Positions 50,271 through 57,517 of a stretch of 64,000 nt of DNA are shown in pieces; the stretch's first letter is position 1; each line of letters opens with the position of its first letter. The notes below the pieces were generated by a model that saw only the letters and a list, made by a program, of their open reading frames with translations, did not search any database and was not told the origin of the DNA. The DNA is from Myxococcales bacterium (GTDB taxonomy: Bacteria; Myxococcota_A; Polyangia; Polyangiales; Houyiibacteriaceae), in the NCBI GenBank assembly GCA_019637115.1, contig JAHBWH010000003.1, forward strand, positions 7,701-71,700. The letters run 5' to 3'. Both the position numbers and the translations under genes were made by a program.

Positions 50271-51302
50271 GTGCTGGCCATGCCCTGGCGCTTGGCGGAT
50301 GGGGGCGGCGTGAAACCGGCCGAGTCATCGGTGATCGCGACCCTGCGCTGGTACTTCGCGCGTCGCCATCGGGGAGTGCCGTTCTACTGCGACGTGGCCC
50401 AGGTGGGCGCGTTCGCCGTCGCGCCCGACGAACTCGCGGAGGGCACCGACGCGGCCATCTTCCGGCTCTTCGTCACGCTCTCGATGTACCAAGCGCTACG
50501 CGACGTCACGATCATGCGCCAGCAGCAGTCGCTTCCGCGCAGGTCGATGCGCGTCGTCGCCGACGCCGCGACGGTGAAGCGGTTGATCTCCCAGCACCCC
50601 TGCCCGACGCTGGGCTCGGTCGAGGCCTTCGAGCACGGCTGCGACGTCGCGAAGGACGGCGAGGACGTGGACTGCGGCACCTGCCCCGACGTCGCGTGCC
50701 ACGTGAAGGACGCGACCCGCGTCTTCAAGCGCATGGGCGACATGGGCAAGCTGCCGACCTCGGCGTGGCTCCGGCTGTGGCGAAACGGTGGGGTGCAGAC
50801 GTTGCTCAAAGAGGTCTGCCGCGAGGAGCCGTCGCCCACGAGCCGCGCCACGCTCCTCGTGGAGCGGTTCGCCGCTGTGCATCGCGTCGGGCGCAAGCTC
50901 GCGACGATGTTCGTCAGCGCGCTCTCCACACCAGCGCTCGCTCCGGGGCTCACGCCCTGGTTCCCGGAAGTTGACGGCAACGAACTGGTGGTCGTCGACA
51001 CGAACGTCGCGCGCGCCGTCGATGCTCTCCGCGCCCCCGGCGCGGCCAAGACCTACGATGCGCGCGAACGGTGGGTGCGCGAGCAAGCCGCCAAGCTCGA
51101 CCTTCGCGTGTTCGGACCGAACCTGCCCGCGTACTCGCCGAGGCTCGTGCAGGAGGCACTCTACGTCTTCTGCTCGAAGTCGAACCGCGCCGCACGAGGG
51201 GACGACTGCTCCAGCCGGAGCTCGCCCTGCGCGGCGTGTGCGCCCGCGTTGTGCCCCTTCACGAGGCCGATCGAGAAACAGACGAGGGAGGCCAGCGCAT
51301 GA
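50271..51302 (+). CDS. EndoIII-like HhH-GPD DNA glycosylase/AP-lyase with an Fe-S cluster and an extra Cys-rich insert
   Basis: HhH VHRVGRKLATMF (Lys equivalent to Nth K120). VVVDTNVARAV (Asp equivalent to D138). C-terminal CSSRSSPCAACAPALC (C-X6-C-X2-C-X4-C). Insert CPTLG..HGCD..DCGTCPDVAC. Confidence 0.6.
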   Translation: MLAMPWRLADGGGVKPAESSVIATLRWYFARRHRGVPFYCDVAQVGAFAVAPDELAEGTDAAIFRLFVTLSMYQALRDVTIMRQQQSLPRRSMRVVADAATVKRLISQHPCPTLGSVEAFEHGCDVAKDGEDVDCGTCPDVACHVKDATRVFKRMGDMGKLPTSAWLRLWRNGGVQTLLKEVCREEPSPTSRATLLVERFAAVHRVGRKLATMFVSALSTPALAPGLTPWFPEVDGNELVVVDTNVARAVDALRAPGAAKTYDARERWVREQAAKLDLRVFGPNLPAYSPRLVQEALYVFCSKSNRAARGDDCSSRSSPCAACAPALCPFTRPIEKQTREASA

Positions 51303-51363
51303 GGAGCTCCGCGCCCGAGCAGCGCCAAGGGCCGCCCCTTGTCCCGAGCGCGCCCTCGTCGCC

Positions 51364-51751
51364 CCCTGGGCCAACGTGGCGCCCCAGTGGCGCTCGTCGG
51401 CGGGAGCGCCCGAAGGAGTGGACCATCAAGTCTCGCTTGCCCGTAGCCGCCGAGGACCCGGGCAGGGAGTCGCCGAGGAAGTCGCCGGGGATGTCGCCGA
51501 GGAAGTCACCGGGATGTCACCGGGGATGTCGCCGGGGATGTCGCCGTCCCTGCCGACGCCCCGGGCGCTCACGGCCCCTGAAGTCGCCCCCGAAGTCGAG
51601 AGGACGCCCAGCTTCGCCACGGGCGCGCCCGCTCCGCTCGCCGCGCCCCTCGCTCGGTCCAGCGCCTTCGGCGCGCCCTGGGCCAACGTGGGCGCCCTGG
51701 TGGCGCTCGTCGCTACGGCTTCCCGAGCCCGCCCCCATCAAGCCTGGCTTG
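51364..51751. repeat. two ~76-bp direct repeats (51364-51439, 51676-51751) flanking GC-rich short tandem repeats
   Basis: ccctgggccaacgtgg..ggcgctcgtcg..catcaag.ct.gcttg occurs twice, 312 bp apart. Between the copies is (G)GGGATGTC(G/A)CC / GAGGAAGTCGCC reiteration. No convincing ORF. Confidence 0.5.
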
Positions 51752-51766
51752 AACGATTCGGCCGGG

Positions 51767-52513
51767 TCAGCAGGAAGCTCGACCGCCGAGCGCGGCACGC
51801 TCTGGTCGCGGCACGCGACGCCCGTTCTGGGTCGGCCTCAGTTCGAAGACGAAGGCGTTGCTGGGCGCGTCGATGATGCCCGGGAGGCGACGCGCGTCCT
51901 CGGGCAACATCGTGCGCTTGCGAAGCTCGAAGCCGACTGCCTCGACGAACCACTGCATCGCGCTGACGGCGTACATGCGGCCGACGCCGACCTCGTACGC
52001 GTGGCGCACGATGTACTCGACGAGCGCGCGGCCGTGCTTCTGCCGCCGACAGGTCGCGCGAACCGCGAGCGCCCGCAGCACCGCGGCGTCGCCGTACTCG
52101 TCGAGCACCGCGACGCCGATGACGACGCGGCCGTGCTCGAGTACAGCGCGCGTCCGCCTTCCGCCCGCGGGCTCGAGCCAGAGCTCCGACGTGGGGAACC
52201 AGGTCATCTCCAGCAGCATGTTCGCGACCAGCTCATCCCGGGCCTCGAGCTCGCGGAACACTCGGCGCGGCGGCCCCTTCGGCTTCTCGAGCAGCCCCGA
52301 GGTGAGAGGCGGCTCCGGCTTCGGCGGCTCGGGCGGCGGCCAGGCTTCCCCACGACGCTCGGCCCGGTGCTTCGCCCGCCACATGCCGAGCAGGGTCTCG
52401 GCGAGCACGCCGGCCACCTCCTCGATGCGGCGCTGCACGTCGGCGCGTCGCTCCTCGCGCTCGGTGTTCGCGGCGGCGTCTTCGGGCTGCGGGGCCTGGT
52501 CCATGCAGACCAC
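51767..52513 (-). CDS. GNAT acetyltransferase with a ~110-aa N-terminal extension
   Basis: Motif A CRRQKHGRALVEYIV and the beta-strand pattern of GNAT. The N-terminus EERRADVQRRIEEVAGVLAETLLGMWRAKHRA is related to the 25692 ORF. The likely ATG is at 52504. Confidence 0.65.
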   Translation of the reverse strand: MVCMDQAPQPEDAAANTEREERRADVQRRIEEVAGVLAETLLGMWRAKHRAERRGEAWPPPEPPKPEPPLTSGLLEKPKGPPRRVFRELEARDELVANMLLEMTWFPTSELWLEPAGGRRTRAVLEHGRVVIGVAVLDEYGDAAVLRALAVRATCRRQKHGRALVEYIVRHAYEVGVGRMYAVSAMQWFVEAVGFELRKRTMLPEDARRLPGIIDAPSNAFVFELRPTQNGRRVPRPERAALGGRASC

Positions 52514-52613
52514 ACAGGCTCGCTTCCCCGCTACAGTCCAGCGGGAGCCGGGACGCCTCGCTTTCGCTCAACGTGTCCCGAGGGCACCCGCTCCCGAGGC
52601 GACGGACCCACGA

Positions 52614-52720
52614 TGGGACAGTGCGAAGCGGCGAATCTGTCCCAGCGCTCTCGGCGCAAGTTCTCGGAGTCGCAGCGCGAGCGCCTGTGTGGGTCAGTGC
52701 GAAGGTACGAAGCTGTCCCA
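52614..52720. promoter_or_regulatory. two 31-bp inverted-repeat units (52614-52644, 52690-52720)
   Basis: TGGGACAGTGCGAAGCGGCGAATCTGTCCCA and TGGGTCAGTGCGAAGGTACGAAGCTGTCCCA. 8-bp arms, with a conserved GTGCGAAG at the start of the spacer. Confidence 0.5.
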
Positions 52721-52769
52721 ACTGCGTTTACCGAGAGCGTTCGCAGGCTGCGCCGCACACGGAGCTCAT

Positions 52770-52806
52770 GAAGCCCCAGACGAGTCCGTCTGGGGCTTCC
52801 GTTTTA
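52770..52806 (+). terminator. intrinsic-terminator-like hairpin
   Basis: gaagccccagacg-agtc-cgtctggggcttc is a perfect 13-bp stem followed by cGTTTTA. No T-run follows it on the other strand. Confidence 0.55.
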
Positions 52807-53044
52807 CAGGGGCCTCGCTGGCGATGTCGGCGAGGGCCTTGTCGTTTCTGCCCTATTTTCCGAGGGTTTGCGACGGCCCTGTGCGCACCGCGACGCGCCA
52901 CGCTCGGTGAGCGCCAGAGCCACGCCGAGCCGATGAGACGCTCTCTCGGGGTCGAAATCGGCTCTCCGTCGCCCCGCAGACACCTGGAGACGCGTCCGGG
53001 CGCTTAACACCAAAGAGCACCCGGTTTACAGCGGCGAGTGGGAC
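52803..53044 (+). repeat. copy A of a ~250-bp non-coding element
   Basis: Starts TTTACAG plus a hairpin plus a T-rich tract. Ends GCGCTTAACACCAAAGAGCACC..GGCGAGTGGGAC. Collinear with copy B. Confidence 0.55.
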
Positions 53045-53327
53045 GTCCCGCTAGCGCTTTTCGGCGCGCGCGGGTGCGTCTCCGTCGGCCGACTCGCCCG
53101 CAAGCTCCCGGAGCGCGAATAGCATCCACCTCCCCTGTTCGGCTCTGCCGAGAGCACGCAGCGGCGATGAGACGCCACCAGACGTGCATCGTGGGTCTCG
53201 TCGTCGACGTGTCGTCGGTGCATCCAGCGTCTGACGTCCTACTCGGCGCGCGGCGGTAGACGCTCCGCGAGCACCGGGTCCTCGTCGATGAAGGCGTCCA
53301 CCGTGATGTCGTCGAGCACGAGCTTCG

Positions 53328-54575
53328 TCAGGCCGAACTCGCGGTCCCACTCGGCGCTCCACACGAGCCGCGCACCATCGCGTTGCGGGCGCCGACGTCG
53401 TCGCGCTGCCACGCGGTCCAGGCGGGCGCGAGGGCTTCGAGGAATCCGCGCGAGCGGTCGTCGCGGAACCAGGAGATGTGCGCCTCACGAAGCACCGTGA
53501 GCACCCGCGCCTCGACGTGGCGCGCGGCGACCTGCACCGGCGGCGAACAGGCCGGACGCGCCGCGTCGCCCCGGCAGCGGTAGTAGCGCGGGACCTCGTC
53601 GGCGTTCTCCATCGTGACTGCCGCCGACGCAGTCGTCGTCATCACCCGGCCGCAGCCGGTGCAGCGCAGCAGCCCACGCAGCATCCACGGGTCCTGGTCC
53701 CACGGTGGCGCCTTCGATCGAGGCGACGGTTCGCGCGTGCGCCGAGCGTCGAGCGCCGAGAAGGCGCGGCGGGCGAGGTCCTCGTCGACGATCGCCTCGT
53801 GCACGCCCTCGACCGTGCCCTCTCCGTGAGCGCGACGGCCGAGGTAGATCGGGTTGCGGACCACCTGCAGCACCGAGCGCCCCGTCCACATCGCGCCGCC
53901 CTTGCCGCCGTGGACCTTGGTGCGATGGCCAGCGTCGTTCGCCCAGGCGGCGATGGACGCGCCCGACTCGCCCGCGGCGCAGCGCTCGAAGAACGCCCGC
54001 ACCAAAGCGGCCTCGTCCTCGTCGACAACGAGCTGCCGCGTGTTCGGGTCCGCCTCGTAGCCGAGCGGTACGCGCCCAGCGGCACGACGACCGTGAGCGC
54101 GAGCCCGCCCTTTCGCCTCGCGCAGCCGCTCGCTGATGATGTCGCGCTCGAACTCGGCCAGGCTGGCGACCACGTTGTTCACGAGCTCGGCGAGCGGCCC
54201 ACGTGCCCCGCCGGCGCCCTGCAAGATCACCAGTTCGACGCTCGCCTGCTTCAGCCAGTCGTTGAGCCGCACCCAGTCGGACATCTTGCGCGCGAGCCGG
54301 TCGATGCTCGTGACCACCACGACGTCGACGCGCCCCTGTACGCACCACGAGAGCAGGCGCCGCAGCGCGGGGCGCTCGAGGTTGCCGCCGCTCACACCGA
54401 GGTCGTCGAAGTGTTCGTCGAGCGTGACCCAGCCCTCGTACTGCATGGCCCGCACGTAGTCCTCGCAGCGCTCGCGCTGCACCTCGCACGAGGTCAGGTC
54501 CTGCTCCCCGCGCGCGACCGACTGGCGGGTGTAGATGGCGCAATGGAGAACGGGTTGACCACGCGAGGTGAACAT
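53328..54575 (-). CDS. large serine recombinase, C-terminus apparently frameshifted (would extend to 53239)
   Basis: AIYTRQS..SCEVQ..DDLGVSG..SIDRLARK..LAEFERDIISERL. Zn ribbon CTGCG..YYRC. See the finding on the frameshift. Confidence 0.85.
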   Translation of the reverse strand: MFTSRGQPVLHCAIYTRQSVARGEQDLTSCEVQRERCEDYVRAMQYEGWVTLDEHFDDLGVSGGNLERPALRRLLSWCVQGRVDVVVVTSIDRLARKMSDWVRLNDWLKQASVELVILQGAGGARGPLAELVNNVVASLAEFERDIISERLREAKGRARAHGRRAAGRVPLGYEADPNTRQLVVDEDEAALVRAFFERCAAGESGASIAAWANDAGHRTKVHGGKGGAMWTGRSVLQVVRNPIYLGRRAHGEGTVEGVHEAIVDEDLARRAFSALDARRTREPSPRSKAPPWDQDPWMLRGLLRCTGCGRVMTTTASAAVTMENADEVPRYYRCRGDAARPACSPPVQVAARHVEARVLTVLREAHISWFRDDRSRGFLEALAPAWTAWQRDDVGARNAMVRGSCGAPSGTASSA

Positions 54576-54636
54576 CGTCGACCTCGCTTGTCAGCGGATG
54601 ATGAAGGGACGCCGGCGAAGGCGGCCGGCTCGCACG

Positions 54637-55470
54637 TCAGCGCGCATCGCCGTCCCCCTTCCACGGATCGCCGGGGAGACGGCTGACGAGCGCCGCGTGG
54701 ACGCGCGCCCATGCCGCGGCGGCGTCGTGCTCGAGGCCCGTCCTCAAGAGCGGCGGCACATCGGTGAGGAACGCCGGGTCGGTGAGCTTCGCCGCCATGT
54801 TCGCCTCGAACTGCGCCCGCGTCACCGGCGTGCAGCCGAACGCCATGTACTGGTCGAAGGCCTCGAGCAGACGGTCGCCGTCGAAGGCGGGGTGGTCCAG
54901 CGCGAGGTCGAGGTCGAAGAGGTCGCGCCCCTTCTTGCGCTGATAGAGCGCGCGCAGCTTCGTCCCCAGAAGCTCCGGCAGGCTGAAGGTCGCCACGTCG
55001 GCGTGCCCCGAGAACCAGGGGTTCGCGACATCTACCCGCTGCGTGTCGTAGCCGTGGACGGCGAAGTGCTCGCGGGTGTTGATCTCGATCTTCACGCGCA
55101 TCTGCACGACGGGCGTGAAGGTCGTGTCGAAGCGGTAGTACAGGGTGAAGCGGCCCTGGCCGGCCTTCCACTTCGGCTTGCCGAGCCAGGGGTCGAGGGC
55201 GGCGCGGATCTCGTCGACGAGCGGGCCGATCGGCCCCGCCGTGCGCTGCACCAGATCGATGTCTTCGGAGTAGCGACCGGGCGGATCGAAGAAGAGCTTG
55301 TGCAGCGCCGTTCCCGCCATAGACACGGCGCCACTCGGCGAACGCGGGGCGGCGAAAGAGCTCGACGAGCGCGCGGGGAGAGCACGAGGTCCTGCTCCAC
55401 CTGCGTGTTGTCGGGCGGGCGCGGCCTTGCGCCACGCGGTGATGCTCGCTCTCGGGATCACAGGTCGGGC
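54637..55470 (-). pseudogene. abiEii: AbiEii/AbiGii nucleotidyltransferase toxin, N-terminus frameshifted
   Basis: The intact C-terminal 240 aa read GTALHKLFFDPPGRYSEDIDLV...KIEINTRE. N-terminal pieces (ITAWRKAAP / VEQDLVLSPRALVELF) are scattered over three frames. Confidence 0.7.
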
Positions 55471-56255
55471 TCCACGTCGTCGTTGACCAGCACGTGCCAG
55501 CGGGGTCGAGAGGGCGTCCGCCGACTCGCAGGCCCCGTGAGCGGGAATCGGCAGCAGGCGCTTGCCCGCGACCGTGGCGGCGGAGGTTCCGCAGGTCCGA
55601 CTGCTCCACGCAGTCGAGGAGCCAGCCGAGGCGCTGCACGTCCGTCCTCGCCATGCGCGCGGCGCCGGTGGCGAAGCGCCTCGAGGTCGAGCTTCTCCGC
55701 GAGCTCCGAGGAAGGTGACCGCGATGTTGCTCCAGTACCCCGCTGCGGCCGGGAAGCGCACGGATCGAAGGCGGTCGTCTCGGGCGTCGCGACCATCGTG
55801 CCGGTCTCGGTCTGCATGGGCTGTGTGGCCGCGCCATCGAAGACGCTGCTCATGTGGAAGTCGATGCGGACGCGCCCCACCTCGATGTCGCGCTCTCGGC
55901 CGAGTCCCACGGTGATCACCTGGAAGGCCATGGGCTGCTGATGCCCCGCCTCGTGGAGCGCGGCCGCGGTGAGCAGCCCGACGTAGTAGCATCACCCCAT
56001 GTGACGCATGAGGTCGTCGATGGGCCGGCTCGCCGGCGGGCAGCCAGCCGCGCGAGCATTCTCCCTCGGCACCACGACGAAGAAGTCCCGCCTCGGCGTG
56101 ACGATGGCGCCGCTCTGCTTCAACCGGTAGAGCGTCATCTTGATGGCGGCGGCGGAGGCATCGGTCACCGCGTCGACGTCCGGGCGCGCGAAGACGTACC
56201 TCCCCTCCTCAGGGAGCGCCTCGATCCAGTCATGTAGGGTGCCGGGACTCGCCAT
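55458..56255 (-). pseudogene. abiEi: AbiEi antitoxin with an in-frame TGA and several frameshifts
   Basis: The N-terminal wHTH ORF ends at TGA 55992-55994. The same frame then continues CYYVGLLTAAALHEAGHQQPMAFQVITV. Later pieces (VRFPAAAGYWSNIA, ELAEKLDLEAL, ARTDVQRLGWLLDCV, RWHVLVNDDVEPDL) are in different frames. Confidence 0.7.
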
Positions 56256-56385
56256 CGCTGAACCTCGCGCAAAAAGTAACGCGATGCGTAACCTTTTGCA
56301 AGTCGTTCAGCATGAGCGCTCGCAGCCTTCCACCCCGGCCGCGCTCACCGTATGTTTTCTACGGTTGATTCCATCCGGAGACGCC

Positions 56386-56964
56386 ATGAGCGCCGCAGCA
56401 CAACCCCACCTCGAGCCCGGCCAGGCCTACCGCACCCGGGACCTGCGCCGGTGGAGCGCGAACCCCACGCGGCTCGCGCGACGTCTTGTCGACGAGGGCA
56501 AGTTGCGGGAGGCCGCCCACGGCCTCTACTACGCGCCGATGCCGACTCGCTTCGGGCCTGCGCCCGCGTCGAGCGAGGAGCTGCTGCGCGCGTTCCTCGG
56601 CGGCGAGCCCTTCCTCGTCACGGGCCCGCCGCAGTGGAACGCGCTCGGCCTCGGCTCGACGGCGACGTTTGCGGTCACGCTGGTCTACAACACCCGCCGG
56701 ACGGGCGAGGTCCTTCTCGACGGGCGGCGCTTCCTGCTACGTCGCGTGTACTTCCCCAAGGACCCCACCCCGGAGTGGTTCGTGATCGACCTGCTCCAGC
56801 ATCACGAGATGGCCGGCGCCGCGCGCGAGGGACTCGTGGCCACCCTGCGGCTCGGCCGATGGGATCGCGGGCGCCTGCGGGAGATGGCCGAGACCTACGG
56901 CACCAAGGCGACGCTCGCCCTCGTCGAGGGCGCACTTCGGGAGACCGAGACGGGTACCCCATGA
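56386..56964 (+). CDS. AbiEi_4/DUF6088-like wHTH protein
   Basis: Internal ATG at 56386. RLARRLVDEGKLREAAHGLYY and GPPQWNALGLGST patterns. Confidence 0.5.
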   Translation: MSAAAQPHLEPGQAYRTRDLRRWSANPTRLARRLVDEGKLREAAHGLYYAPMPTRFGPAPASSEELLRAFLGGEPFLVTGPPQWNALGLGSTATFAVTLVYNTRRTGEVLLDGRRFLLRRVYFPKDPTPEWFVIDLLQHHEMAGAAREGLVATLRLGRWDRGRLREMAETYGTKATLALVEGALRETETGTP

Positions 56965-57217
56965 CCTTCGCCACAGCGAAGCCTGCTCGAGGATCCGGCT
57001 CGCTGCGCAGGTGACGTCGGGTTGGTCGTAGCCTCCCGGTGTGATGGCGACGGACACGAGCCACGCGCCGACCGAGCCCTCCGGTCAGTGCTCGTGAACA
57101 CCGGGATTCCAGGCACTTGCGGCGCCAGCCTGTAAACCAACGGGTCACTCATGCGTCCGGCAAGGTAGGCCCTATTTGAGCCATTTTACCCCACCGCGAG
57201 TCATCGACGGTGGGCGG

Positions 57218-57470
57218 TTTACAGAGAGCCTCGACGGTCACCCCGTCGGGGCTCTCGCCGTTTTGGCCCTGCTTTTCCGGGCTTTCGCGCGACGCGGCGT
57301 GGACGACGACGGGTCGCGGTGCTCTCGTCGAGAGCGCGCGTGTCTCGCCTGCGACCCTCGGCGACGCGCTCTCCGGGTCGATCTGGGCTCTCGCGGGCCG
57401 GGAGACACCCGGAGACGCCTCCGCGGCGCTTAACTCCAAAGAGCACCTGATTGACTCTGGCGAGTGGGAC
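57218..57470 (+). repeat. copy B of the ~250-bp non-coding element
   Basis: TTTACAG plus a 12-bp hairpin (gagcctcgacgg/ccgtcggggctc) plus a T-rich tract ... GCGCTTAACTCCAAAGAGCACC..GGCGAGTGGGAC. An inverted CTGTAAACC lies at 57130. Confidence 0.55.
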
Positions 57471-57517
57471 ACGCGGCGGGCGGAAATCCGGCGCCACGCG
57501 CACGCTGTCGGTGCGCG

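Noticed and set aside
51426-51686. 86-aa minus ORF containing GDIPGDIPGDIP
   Set aside because: It is the translation of the GC-rich tandem DNA repeat. There is no RBS or start context, and the flanking duplicated segments do not conserve the frame.
52614-52720. Two 31-bp repeats with a 45-bp spacer as a mini-CRISPR array, or as ToxI-like type III antitoxin repeats
   Set aside because: There are only two copies, differing at about 7 of 31 positions, with no cas genes. No ToxN/AbiQ-like ORF follows the terminator on the plus strand.
55992-55994. In-frame TGA in abiEi as a selenocysteine or programmed read-through
   Set aside because: No SECIS-like hairpin is obvious, and the gene needs several additional frameshifts downstream. 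Decay is the simpler explanation.
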